Shown in pieces: positions 24,731-37,847 of a stretch of 64,000 nucleotides of DNA (within the stretch, counting starts at the first letter, position 1; each line of letters opens with the position of its first letter). The translations under genes and the position numbers were made by a program. Location: NCBI GenBank assembly GCA_036172245.1, contig JAYWIR010000021.1, positions 2,480,001 through 2,544,000 on the forward strand, read 5' to 3'. Origin of the DNA: Raillietiella orientalis (taxonomy: Eukaryota). A model generated the notes under the pieces. That model was not told where the DNA came from, did not search any database, and was given only the letters and a program-made list of their open reading frames with translations.

Positions 24731-27700
24731 CTGCTGGTATTCGCTACCAGAGGTCCCAGAAAGTAGCCGAATTCTCTTCTGCCTCCGCCTGCTCCAGGAG
24801 TGTCTTTCTCAACTTCCCACAGTTTCGAGAGGGCAGCTGGAAAGTGAAGATCACAGACGGTGCCAGTAGAGCAATTGGCAGTCAACCTCGGAAACGGGGG
24901 CACTGCTGGCTCATTGATCCTAACCAATACGCCGAGGAACGAATAGTCCTTGATTTTAAGCGCAGTTTTGTTCTTCCTTTTCTTCCTCTTGCTCGTCTTT
25001 CCATCCTCTTTTGTTGCCGACTTGAAAGCAGAGTCGTTCATGAAACGCCGACAGGACGAAAAAGATTGCCGATCATCTTAAAGAAGAAACCTGCCTTCCA
25101 CACGGGGAATCTTCCTAGGAGCGGATTGCTAGGCAGTCCAACCCGAAGAGGGGATGAGGAGGCGCTCTTTGGAGCCATCGTTGCTCACGCAAGGACGAAG
25201 CCCTCCTATTATTCAGGAGTAACTCGGCAGTAGCTCCTCTGCACCTCGGAAGGGATCTCTCTCACTTCCGCAGATAAATAAAAATGCTCCTCCTGAAACG
25301 ACTTCCAGGAAGCGTTAGTTTTTGTTAATGGGAAAATTCGACGAACATTAACTTTCCTCATAGCCATGGCAACGGCGACAACTTGTGATACATGGCTCAA
25401 CGCTCCACCGGAGCTTCAAAGAGCTCTCTTTCCTAAGGAAAAAGGGAAGGGGCTGGCTGGAAGCTCCAGCGACTGCGAGAAAGTGGTGCTCGCTCGTTGG
25501 GTCCTCAGGGAGCTATCAGACTGTGTTGTACACGTTCCAAGCAACCACAAATGACACGGAGACTACAGAAGGTGGCGCTGCGGAATCGAAAAACATGCAG
25601 CATCGTTTGACCAGGCGGATGTGTCTTCGTTCTGCTGTGAACTCAGAGACAGCGTCATCCCACTACTGTTTCCAAGGGAATTCCTAACACAGAAACTCAG
25701 GATGTCCCTTACAAACACCCACAGAAAACCCAGATGGAGTTTTCCCTCGTACCATCAGCAATCTCGCTCAGAGACAAAGATTCATGGAGGCATCATTTTC
25801 TTAAGAGCTGCAGCTCATAGCCTTCTTAGAAGAGAGAAAAGAACTTCAGAGGGGTCACACCTCAGAGAGCTCACGATGGGATCGAATGTGACCTGCACGG
25901 CCTGCACGGCTGTTGTCCTGGGAACTTCCGCATCCATTAGGTCTCTCCCAGCAAGACGGATGTGGCCACATGGTGCTGGATCTGAAGCTTACATTCTGGA
26001 GACGTAAGGCATCTAGAATCCTCCAGATTCTCATATCGCGTACTGACACGGAAGAAAGAGGCAGGCTCCGGGGTGACTACCTTGAGATGTCTCATAATGT
26101 CTCTTTCGTACTTCTCCGCGCCGTCAGGGAAACAGCGACAGCGTTGCCCAAGTCCCGTTCGAAAATCTCCAGACTTTAGGTACGAAAAGGCATTCGCTTT
26201 TTGAAATGGGATGTAGGATAGGTATGGGGAAACTCACGAACGATCTTGGAAACTGCCAAAGCAGCGTCACAAGAAAACGACGGAGCTGAGACGAGCATGA
26301 GAGATGGCAGCGGAATGATGCATTCTTCTGGCTCAGTAGCTGTCTCATTTGGGCTCCACAGACGCTGAGTGAAGGTGTCCAGCAGCACCTGAGAGCTACC
26401 TCCTCTCTGGAGCTCTGTGGGACACTTCTCGTTGCCGGCCACCAGTGCCCCCTCCGTTGGCTGAAATTTTTTTTCGTTCCTCTCATGGCAAAAGCGAAGA
26501 CCTCCTCGGAGCTCCTGACGATCCTTCCACTTCGGAACAACTGTCAGTTTCTAAGGAAACAAGAAGCCAAATCCTGATGGAAACAGGGAGATCTTTCGTT
26601 CTTCTTTCGCTTTCGAAGCTTCGGGTGTATTCGGACTTTCTCACCTTTCCGAGGTGGCATTCGTGAGGTCCATCATCACGAAGAGAATCTTCAGGAAACT
26701 GTTGCTGCATCTCATTCTGGATAGACGGAAAAAAAATAATGCGAAGATGGGAAAGCGTCGATGAATCACAGGAGGAAGGGTGAAAAGGAAGAGCGTGGAT
26801 CTGCACGCTGATCGTGAGTGACACCAGACTTCAGTGCAACTTTATAGAACTTTATAGAAAGAGTGTGTGCATCACAATATTGGGAAACAGAAATTCTCCT
26901 CTTCCGCGCTATCGCACTACTGTCGCCGTGATGAAACAAACCAGGCCGAGCGTTCCCAGCAGACATTCAATTGCCCCGTGCGTGTGACTCGTGTGCGAAA
27001 GAGCTCTTCTGAGATGAAAGAGGGAACTCAGATTTCATAGCTTCACATGAGTCGCCCGTGCGCGAGTTCCGAATTTTTGTCCCTTCCATGATTTTGTGCT
27101 GCCTCTGAAGCATCTCTGTTTCTTTCATCCTTCCGCTACTTTTCGGACGATCCGTTCCGCTTTCTTCGTCTCGTTTTTAAGCGGACCTCGAAGCAGGCGA
27201 GCAGACCTCCTGCAAATCAGAATGAACGCATCGGAAAGAAATTCCTCTTCCTCTTCCACGAGAGTCCGTGACATGATCTTTTCGATTGCAGTCAGCATCA
27301 CTGAAGTGCTTCCTAGCTTTCACGCTTGAGGTCATCTCGGAATCCCGTGTTGCCTGGAGATGGAAAGATGAACCCGAAATTTTCACAGAAATATGGCCGT
27401 AGCGGTTTGAACTGCATACGGGATTACGCACTGCGCCTCCTCAGCACGACTCCAAACGCAACCCTCCTTTTTTCCTCCGGTTTTTTTTTTTTTTTTTAAA
27501 AAAAAAAACAAAAAATTAACTTTCTTTTATATCAAGTGAGCGAAACTTAATGAGCTGATGACATCAGCATCCAATTACATCCCCAAGCACGGCATTTCCA
27601 GCATCTAACAGAAGAAAAAAGCTAATTTTTTGAAGTTCCAGTCTTCCTCAGAGTTTACGATTAACTTTACAAAAGCTACTGAATTCCGTCATTCGATTAA

Positions 27701-29534
27701 GTGGAAACCACGACAGCAAGCACGTATTTTCATCTTACAAACTGACAGCATCTCCTCCCATACGGGGCTTCAGATTCTTGAACAGGAAATCCTTCAGAGC
27801 CTTAAAATCAATAAAAACTGCAGTTGCATGGATTTCTTGAAAAGAGTATGATTCATTACGGTAGCCTCTCTTTGCTTTCAATGAAATCGTCCTGTCTTCC
27901 TACGCCATTTCTCGAACTTTCGATCAAGTCTCGGATCCGCATTTTCCCCGAAAAACCAGTAGGCGATGAAAAAATCATCTCCATGAGGCTTTCGCTAAAA
28001 CCGTCTCCCTGACAACTCGCTCGGAGTGGTGATGTTGATCATTTTGTACAGTACAGTCTTCCTGTTATTTTCGCACTAATAAATACAGACGTTTATCTGG
28101 AGAAACAGGCTGCTCAGCTTAGAGGCTGCTCTCTTATATGCGACCATCTTGCAAGTTTTTCCCAGAGTGTTCCTCGGTTTTCACACTGCTCTCTTGGATT
28201 CGACGTGTTCCAGGCTAACACGGTGCGAGTCTCCAGGACCACAAGACAATGCAAGCTGCTTGCTCAGGTGGCAAGCGTGGAGGAATCATATCCTTGCACT
28301 CCACATCTTCTGTCATCCAGAAAAAGGAGGAGCATTCCGGAACTCCATTAATAATGTCAGACTGCGGTCTCTCTTCCTGGCCCATCGACTGCCTACGAAC
28401 ACTCGATTTCCGATTTCCGCCGAAGAAAGGGAACTGGGTTCGTCCGTGACGACTTCAAACCAAGCCACTAAGAGAGGTAGAATCTGGAGCTGGAAAATGA
28501 CCGGTTCTCGTCGAAGTATCTCGCGCTCATCTGCTCCAGTCTGCCTCCAGGATTCCTTTTCCGAGCCATCAGAAGAGCTCGCAGCTGCATACTCACAGTT
28601 GATGAATTCTGCACACAGGAAACGCTCCGGATGTTATCTCGATCTTGTCGAAAAGGTGATCTTTCTGCATCTCACTCAATTCTAGCTCAAGATTCCTCCA
28701 GCGCTCCTCTCAGCATCAAGGTATCCTCCTGTTTCTTGGGCCATCCTTCCTGGCCACCCGCCAGGGTCTCCTTTGAAATCGACAAGCTCTGCATATTGCC
28801 TTCCACTGCCTCCGTCGGTTCACCCTGCGGTATTTCTCGTCTCCTGTCGACTGTTTATCCTTCGTCCGCAGTAGCCCTCAGGCTCAGAGCGAGATAAGAC
28901 TTTGAATCGAATCACTGTGGCTACTTATGTCCAATCACGAATTCATGCTCCGGATTTTCATGGCTTCGACATCTCAAAAAAGAAAAGAAAGAAGAACTGC
29001 TCACAGGAGACTAAGAGTGGTAAATAATGTTGACTACGAGACTTTAGAGGAAGAAGAAAAAAAATATTTCTCATCAACTCTGAAAAGTCCGACACCGGGT
29101 TTATTCCTTCTTCCCTTGGAGCTCGTACAAACCTCCACACATAGTTCTCAAAAGTCCAGTTTTGCAAGGGTCCACCTTCTTCGTGGAAGTAGATATTGGG
29201 GACATCTGCTTTCACGACGGGTGGTCCCGAAAATCTGTTTTCGAACAGCGCTCCCTTTCTTAGTAGATCTCCTTCCAGAGAACAGTAAAATAGTTAAGAA
29301 ATTCTAAAATTTCCCTGTATCCGGAATTCTACGCTGCTCTATTCTCCCTCATTTCGAGCTGGACGCATGATATTGGACGACCGTACACATCCTTGTATTT
29401 GTTCTCAGTCAAGAACAAATGCTTCGTTCCTGACTGAGCCCCAATCTCAGTTGCATGAAATAGGTATGACCTCGTGCCTACTTTTGCAAAGAGTAGGCAT
29501 CAGCAGTCGCTGGTCAGGAATTTCCGATCAGGAA

Positions 29535-30810
29535 TGAGGTGTTTCAGCAAGGGAAAGTTTGGCTTGCAAACAAGAACAAATCTCATTTCTTAGGAGAAGA
29601 GAACCTATGCCAGTAAGACACATCGTTCAGCATCCGATGAAGGAAAATCAAGTGGATTTCTTACTCGGTCATGCCGGGGCGCTTATTCCATATAAGTTTT
29701 ACATTATACAAAATAAACCAGTTGGGAACCAAGTTCCCAACCGACGACTGGACAGAGACCACGAGAAATTTCCCTGGCACGCAGGCCGGTATTGCAACGT
29801 TCCGAACGGTGTGAGTGATAGGGTAAAAACAAACAAAAATAGAGAAGAAAAAAAAATTTGGTACGGAGGGATGGGACTAGGGTCTTTGGGATCACCCCGG
29901 AAGGCACAGGATATAAGAAACAGCACCGGGAATGCAACGGAGCGAACGGGAGAAGGATATGGGTGGGCGAGATGACACAAAGGTCACCGGAGTACGCCGT
30001 TCTTAAAAGTCCGTAAACCGGCGATGGATGCCGGCGATCTCCTCCTTCACCTCGTCATGAAGGTGAGACCACCTTGCAGCCTTCTCCATGGATTCAGCTG
30101 CAACTCCAGGGCGTAGCGGGCCTTGACGATGCCGCGAAAGCAACACATGGTTGCGACGATCACGCCTACCGAAAGTCCATTGCTCCTGAAGGAGTGTCGC
30201 AGCACGTCCATGGCGGTACCTCCCTTCAGCATGATGGCCAAAGTCAGCCTTCGCCACAGTTCACGGAGGTCACCGCAGTCCGGCAAGAGGTGCAGAAAAG
30301 ACTCGATCTCTCCGCACATCGAACAGCTTGGCGAGGCAGCTCCCCCGGAAACGATGTTTCGCCGCCGATTACAATGGAGACCCCCAGTGTGAAGGCAGCA
30401 GAACATCTTGTTTCCATTTCAAGGGGAACACGGAGGGAATCCGTCTGCAATCCAAACGAACGGGGGGAACCACTATCTCTTCAGGGGGCACACTTAAATG
30501 TTCGCTCCACCGAAGCAGGCCTTTCGCCCGCTTCCGAGGAGTGGCGGCTTGCACCATCTCCTTTGTCCTCCAGCCGCCAACGAGCTTGGACACTCCTGCA
30601 ATTGTGCAGGAGAACTCCCATTCCACCGGTTGGCAACTGTCGTCGCTTGCCCTAAGGGCAGACAGCGCTGCGGCGAGACGATCGCATTTCTTCTTGTCCT
30701 GCATGACCTCGTCCAGGAGATAACTCAGGAGAAGTCGCAGGCCTCGAAGATCAAGTTAATCGAAAAAGAAAGAGGTGGGAAGATGTTGAAGCTGCGGAAA
30801 GAAGTATTTC
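29535..30810 (+). mobile_element. ORF1-like remnant split by the 29658-30745 insertion
   Basis: 29540-29657 joined to 30761-30810 aligns continuously with the reverse complement of about 32245-32411 (IK.IEKE..GKMLKL). Confidence 0.65.
29658..30745 (-). mobile_element. 5'-truncated LINE copy (CCHC finger + 3' tail) with degenerate ~15-bp TSD
   Basis: Contains CSMCGEIESFLHLLPDC. Tail hairpin GTTGGGAAC-caa-GTTCCCAAC (29721-29741). TSD is GAAAATCAAGTGGAT (29643-29657) / GAAGATCAAGTTAAT (30746-30760), 12/15. Confidence 0.85.
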
Positions 30811-32029
30811 TTTCGCACTGCATCTTGGAGTCTGCCCGAGTACTTCCTTCAGCTCAGGGCCCCGCTAAAGGAGATTTCTGGTTCTCCTAAGAAGACTGCA
30901 GTCCAGCAGCAGAGGTTTGTCACTTTGTGGCCAGAGTAGAACAGTCAGCAGCATAATGTAGAAAATCTACCCTAGGCTTCTTTGTCCACGGTCCGCTGCT
31001 GCCTTTTTCTCTCTGCATTTTCACTACGCAGCTCAAACATTTGCAACTGGCAGCAGCCGTCGCTAAAACTTTCAAACATGAGGTTCTCTTCCTTTTCCGA
31101 ATACCGTTTGGCTATTTCCTGATGGATGCTGGAGACAGCAGTAAAATCGCAGGATGGCAAATGTCTCGTTTTCAGTCTGGAAGTACCGTGTTCCCATCCC
31201 CGTTTAGGGTTGATGAACGTTTTGGTTCACATTTCCAGTAGGCGAGACTGAAGGGACGAGAGAATTTGAGTACCGTCTTTCTGTTCCGATTGTCCACTGT
31301 TCCGATGGCTACCGCTTGTTGTGTTGAAAAGCACTTTTTGCAGGAAAGGGAATCTTCCATCAGCAAAAAACTTGCATTCGCATCTTCCTGAAACTCTCTT
31401 TGCAAAAACAGATCTGAACCAGCGAACAGAAGACCCATGAGTAGGCCTTTTATCAGAGGAAAGGAAAAGATTCTTGCAGAATCTCGGGGTCTGCTAGTTC
31501 TGATGCTGGGTCTCGGAGCACTGTCAAGATTTTGTTTGGTGCACTCCGTAGGTAAAGCAAGAATAGTCGTTCCACTTTCGCTTTTCTCCAACTCTCTACA
31601 GCACATTCCTGCGCTGACAGAGTTCTTACAGATCAGAGAACCGTCACCGAAAAATGCAGACTTGAAGAATCAGTGATACTATTTGAAGAAATTCGGCTGC
31701 TGGCAACTCCCAGATGGATTCTTAGACATGCTATTGGCTGTTCTGCAAACGAAGCGGCCCATTTCAGTTAGGCTCAACTTCCATGTTGAGAGTGACACCA
31801 TTCGACTGTGACTCTGCGATATTCCCAAGAGTTCTTGCAAATCCTATCTTCGAAGAGCAGGAAGCAGGAAGAGCGTTCCCAGGTGTAGTGTTGTGAGCAT
31901 CCGCCTAGTAAATAGTACACGTAGTAAGTACAAAAGGATGTGATAGCTATTCGGTTCAGCAGTGAAAACACCGTGAAGAAGACCGGTGAAACTCGGGAAA
32001 ACACCGCGAGAAAAGACAAGAACAAGAAG

Positions 32030-32547
32030 AGTAGGAGTAAGAAGTCATCTACGAGATCCTCATCTACAGCGTATTGATGCACTTGGAGGCAAACATCTGC
32101 GGATTCTCTTACGATGGTCTTCATCTCACTCCATAAAGCGTGGACTGCTCTCACCGCCTTTTTGTCAAATAATTCCGGAAATATGTCACTTTTCAGAAAG
32201 TTGTTTTTCTTGACCAGTAGTGTTCCTGCAATCCTATTCCATGAAAATACTCCTCTCAACAGCTTCAACATCTTCCCATCTCCTTCTTTTTCAATCCATT
32301 TGATTTTTCGTTCATCGGTTGCGGAACGATGTGTATTACGGGAATCGGTTTCCTTCTCCCAAGAAATCAGATTTGTTCCTGTTTGCAAGCCAAACTTTCC
32401 CTTGCTGAAACTTCCTCCCCGCAGCGTAAGCCTTTCGTGACGAGCGGCATCATGGCAGGAAGCTTCCGGAGCAGATTGAAGAGCTTCAGCTGCATCGAGA
32501 AAATCGCTAAAATCGCTTCCCTCCTTTGAGCTGCTGGATCTGCTCAT
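32030..32547 (-). pseudogene. LINE ORF1-like remnant (part of the 257-aa ORF)
   Basis: DVCLQVHQYAVDEDLVDDFL resembles the Tx1 ORF1 pattern V.V....V.DE.I..FL. A paralog at 29.5/30.8 kb shows it is repetitive. Confidence 0.45.
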
Positions 32548-33879
32548 TTCTTCGGGTAAGCATCAGTATTTCCTTCCCCGTAGGAGTTTTTGTAAATGTC
32601 TTTTCCAGTACTCGGGCAAGAAGGATAGGGAAATGACAGCTTTGCTTACTCACTTCCCGAGAAAATCCTTGAAAACTCTATGCATTCTTTCCAGAAAAAC
32701 AGAGAGGTTTCTCTGCTCTTATGAAAAGTGAATCTTCGATGTCCTCAGAATGCTTTGAATTTGCCACCGATCGCTGCGATTGGAGAGAAAGGTGCAAGAC
32801 GAGTTACCAAAGCTCCGGTCCTTGATGTGCACGTCTCAATCAACGGATAATGCACGCAAAAGCACCCCCATTCAAAACGCCATCCCTGATATCAAGGTAC
32901 CCTGAATCCGCAGGATCCTCGAAATTATGGTGCCATGTTGTTTCTTCTCAAACAGCGCTGATTGCGACTGACAGAAAGGGGAGCATCCCATCATTAGAGA
33001 GATGGATTTCTCGGACTCCGTCTTGTATCACTTGGTAGCGAAGGGAAGATCCTCAAGGAAATCATATTTGGGTCACCTCCTTCGCCAGTGATACTGGAAG
33101 ATGCTCTTTTTTAGGAGTGCTTTTTAGGAGTGACAAATGTTTCGATCGATTCGCAACTTTTCTATCGTTCCTACTTTGCCAAAGTTTCTTGACTTTGACT
33201 ATCCTTCAGTCCTCCTCTCGCGTTTATCGCAGTAGCTTTCGCGGTCTCCCAGTTTCGCCTCATTGCATTTAGGCGACTATCCGCGTTCACTCAAGAAGCA
33301 ACGCCCTTGCGAAACTGCCCACTGCCCGGATACACTGAGAACTTCAACATTCGTAGAGAGGTAGCCAATTTTATTAAATGTCGAGCATCCTCTTTGTTTC
33401 CGGAGCTGCAGAAATGACGTACTGCGACTATGCTAAAGAACAAAAGACAGCTGCAAGGTTACCATTTAGAATCAGGAAAGGTTTCTGTAAGCCATGTTAT
33501 GGTCTATCAAGACGAAAAGAAATAGACAAGATCCATAGGCTCTGATCAATCGGACTGCACAGAATCTTTCATAGATAATACTCCAGAGGTTAGGAACCAA
33601 TGTATCCATTTCTTCCCTTGGGATGTCTGCGACGGTTTTGCTTCCACAACCGTATTAAGAAGCGTCACCGATAACGCATGGAGGAGATCCTTACCCCTCT
33701 ATCTTGGAGTCTGCCTGAATATTGCCATCAGCTCAGTGCCTCGCTAAAAGAGATTGCTGGGCCTCTTAAGAAGACCGCAATGCTGGTTTTTAACGACGTC
33801 AGACGGTAGCACGCATTCTCTAGTTTCAAATAGAGTCTCTCTACCAGACTTCCATTAGGAGGAAAAGCATTAGAGATTG

Positions 33880-34365
33880 CACGGCATGCCCTACACTTCC
33901 CGATTTCGACTCAGCTCGATCCGTATCATGAGCCCCTTCATAAATGAGGGGGAGAAGGCATTTCCAGAAAGAATAAGCCGCCGCACAAATCGGTCCACAA
34001 ATATCCATAGTCATAGCGTTGAGTCGTTCAGGCCGAAGAACGCTACGAGGTTCACCGTGTTTGGCCCCAGATCAAAAGCGCATGCGCGTTCGTCCTCCAC
34101 CTGCTACGCGAGCGCGAAGACTCCCGTTCGATTCCGACTACCAGCGGAATTCCGAGACACACCTGCCTGCCTGCTGGAGCAAGCCAGTCTACGGGTCAGG
34201 TCGCTTCGAAGTAGGTGCAACAGAGGGGTCACCGTCGGCGCAAAGGACACAGCGGCACCGCCTGCTAAAAGCACGAGACCGAGGCAGCGCATCCAGATGC
34301 AGGAAGCAGTGCTTGAAACAACATCCCTTCTTTCTCGAAGCGAACCGTGCTTCTTCTCCCTCTGA
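33880..34365 (+). pseudogene. LINE ORF1 zinc-knuckle remnant
   Basis: Across frames: VRFRLP...GQ..(RCNR)GH...KGHSGTAC, a decayed GQ-C..C...GH....C knuckle pattern. Confidence 0.45.
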
Positions 34366-34913
34366 AAGGAGAAGGACTGGACCCAGGGTGGGGTATGCGG
34401 CCGAATCGCTCACGTCGCTTCCCTCGGCACGTTCGTCCCACCGTCTCTTCCCTTTGGCGTGAAGGAGAAAGACACGAGACGGGCTCTCGAGCTGCAGACA
34501 GCACTGAGCGTGTCTCCGTCACAAAGGCACCGTCTGCAAGAGCGGTGATCAAGGCTCCAGATCGGTACCAAAGTGCTCTGAAGACGGGATCCATGGGATC
34601 CATAGACCTGTGTTAATCCTCTACAAACCGTCTTGCTCCGTCTTCTACTGTGCATCCCCGAGACCGATCCGAAACGCCACTTATCAACTGATCCTTCCAT
34701 GAAAATGAATGCGAAAAGTGGAGGAGCAGCAATCTGCATGGTTTCCTTATCTACTCGGGCTGCAGAAGAGAGCACAGTTGTTGTACCAAGGACAAAGAGA
34801 GCTAAATTTGCCTGAGGGATGGTTTCTGTGCTACTCCTAATGCCCTTTGCATCCCATTTCATTTATAGCGACCTCGTATGCTTTTGGTACTTGTCTCTTA
34901 AAAAGACACAAAG

Positions 34914-34953
34914 GAACTGAGCGCTAAAGGCAACAGCCTTTAGCGCTCAGTTC
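34914..34953. repeat. Perfect inverted repeat, 18-bp arms, 4-nt loop
   Basis: GAACTGAGCGCTAAAGGC-aaca-GCCTTTAGCGCTCAGTTC. Confidence 0.95.
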
Positions 34954-37449
34954 ATAGACTTTAAAGATCGTTAATGCGAGCGTGGAGGGGAAATATATGC
35001 ATCATGCGGAAAATATCCATCGAAGTTTGAGACGCTTTTCTCCGTTATCTACATGAAATTCTATTAGGGAACCAGCTGAAAATCCCACACGTCATCCGCT
35101 GCTTTGGCTGGTAACTCAGGTGAGCAGCATCTATTATGCAGCGAGTCCTTCATTTCGTTGTTGCCAAGCACCGTTTCATCTCGGAAGTTCTAGGAAAAGG
35201 TCAGATAAAATGATCCGCTGCGGTACATTCGGTCGCCCGGCATGCAGATTTCGAACACAGAGAGCCCTCTGTTGCTGGGAGCATCAACTTTGTTTAGAGA
35301 GTGGTCCATGCATCCGGCTGTGGATATATTAAGGATTCTCAACACTGAGAAGCGTTCTGAAAAAGCCTACTGCACTTCTTGCATGACTCCCTAGTAGGTG
35401 GAGGCAGCTACCCTTCCCTTCCCTTTCAAAGGGAGGGTTTTAAGGTTTTTTTCTTTTTTTTTTCTGGAGAGTCAATCACTGCATCTAAGCTGCATCTGAG
35501 TAGCCAGCTGAAAAGATTTAGAAAAAAAGACACCTGCGCCCTTCCGAGTACTGCAGTGATCCTTTGTTCTTTAATCCAATAACCTCAGCCATTACTCGGA
35601 ACTGAGTCTACCAATCAGGTATAATCGCCCTTCGAGGACAATTCCTCAAAGTTCCATTCATCTCAGCGATCGGACCCCAGATATGACTGCTAAAAAGCGG
35701 CTGGCAAGCTTTCTCCCCATCTGCGAGCCTTGGTAAGGAAGTTTTTCCAGTTTTGTTTCTTTTAGTTGCATTCTGCACTCTCCATATGTCAGCTTCTAGC
35801 TTCCAGAACTCACCCGGCTCTTTTTTTCTCTCGAAAGGAAGAAGGATGCATATCTGCTGCATTACATCTTCCTTCCACATTTCTCTGAGTGCGAGAGCTT
35901 GTTAGGGATCATCATTCATCTCTCTCAGGGAGAGGATTTTGGACTCCGAACTCCCTTGCCTCTTCCTCAAATCCCGTTTCTGCATTTGATTTGCTGCTCT
36001 TTTCATATCACTTGGTATCTTTGTTTATGGATTATTTAGTTGCTGCTGGATAACGCCTGCACCATGGAGGCAACCGGCACGCAGAAGACGGAACAGATAA
36101 TCTCCCACCTCTAGATCCTATGATCGTTGTTTCCTCTTCCCCTTCTCTACTGTTAGAGTCGACGATCAGATGATTCATTCTCCACCTGGCTCTCTAGTCA
36201 GGCAGGCTTCTGATGGCGGGCTACTAGGAGACTCGCAACTGGAAACCGCCTAGGGGCTCTCGATCTGGATAGCTGGTAAGGACATGCTGCGCTTCCCTCT
36301 CAAGGGTTTTCGTCCGGCACTGCACAAGAGTTCCATGGGAGAAACGTCCCTGCACTCACCACGGCTGTCTAGGACACAGGCTGCTCGATCGGACTGTCCA
36401 GCAACCATGTTTTCTCCACAAATAAATTCGAGAAAGGGATTCCAGACTCTGCACGGCAGAGAAGCGATCCAGTCTGGCTCGGTTTAAGTAACAGACAGGG
36501 GAGACTGACTTGTTCCCAAACTTCCCGTCTCCTGAAAACCTGCTTTGAACTCCAACGTGCTGTTGATTGAAGAAGATCGGAAGCATAAAGAGACGTGGAG
36601 ACAGTGTTTATCCGATGACAGAGTAAGTGTGCGAAGGGACTTCACAATAAAGGCCTAGCAGACCTTCACCTTCTCAGATCTTTTTATAAAACACCAAGTG
36701 TTCCTGATGGAGAAAGTTCTGTGCCATCTTGACGAGAACAGCTGCTCCAAGGGAAACAGATGCGTTCGATGCCTCTGAGGGACCAAAGAGGAGAGAACGA
36801 AGGAATGAAGCGGAAATTCTTTGTGTGTGAGATGTACAAACCTACGGTTTTTTGGAGCACCAGGTTCCTACCAGCAGGAACAAGGAGGAAAGAAAAAGAA
36901 TGGTAAAAAAAGTTTGGATTCTCCTTTCAAAGACACTCCTGAACTTGTTTCGTGAAACTGCTTTCGTAAGCTGTGTGGAGACAGGAAATTTTTCGAAATC
37001 GGAAACATGTGTAAGCATAGTGTATGCAGTCAGTTTCCTGGAGTGTTCGGGATTTATTCTTTGTAGACCAACACATCAGTCACACCCTTGGGCTCAGTGC
37101 TGCCTGATCTATGAATAAGAAAAAACAGTTGCCCATAGAAAGCATGAGAGATCTCTATCTTATTAGCAGACGTCAATCATTACGGAAACATTCCCTGTGG
37201 AGGACATACAAAGCTCCGGGAACGATAAGTCACAATTTCTACGATATCCATTGTTTTGAGACTGTAGAAAATCATAATTTTCCTGTATTTAAATTGCATG
37301 TAATCATAAACCCTTCCGATAGTTCCATTATGTCTCTCGAGAGCGATGGATGCTGTTGCACACCCCTCCTTTCTCCAAGCAGTGAGCAGGACTCCTTTTC
37401 ATTTTAAGTTGCTCTAATCTCTCGTCGTTACTTAAGTCCCAAGCACCGA

Positions 37450-37800
37450 TGGCTCCTACAAAAATGGCTTGTGCTGATGCACGAGATTCTTGGCTGCAGG
37501 AGTGCTCACTCACATCCCGGCATTTCCTCTTTTCTCTTCCGGGAGTCCTCCAAGGCGGAGCAATTGCTCTCGAAGCGGCAGGCGAGGTTCAGCACAATTA
37601 CACTTTCTCCTCCTTCCCAGACAGCGTCCATCCACAGGCGGGAACCTGCCTCAAGCATGCCTCAGTCGGGAGCACTCAGTGCTTTGCGATCACTGCTTTC
37701 GGTCCATCGACTGGCTCCATCACGGTGAGTTGCGGCCGCAGGAGATCACAGCATGCTGAAGAGACTTCTGCCAGACCGCACGTGTACACGTGCAGTGGGT
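37450..37800 (-). mobile_element. Old LINE ORF2 C-terminal (zf-RVT-like) remnant
   Basis: Minus strand reads AVIAKH*VLPTEACLR, followed by a decayed Cys finger. Confidence 0.4.
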
Positions 37801-37847
37801 GTGGCTCGCACTGGCAGCAGAGGCTGCACGTATGAAGCGGCAATTCG

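Noticed and set aside
15600..28900. Individual annotation of further decayed coding-like segments
   Set aside because: They are probably older LINE remnants (hints near 19.6-20.1, 21.8 and 23.4 kb), but are too eroded to assign by eye.
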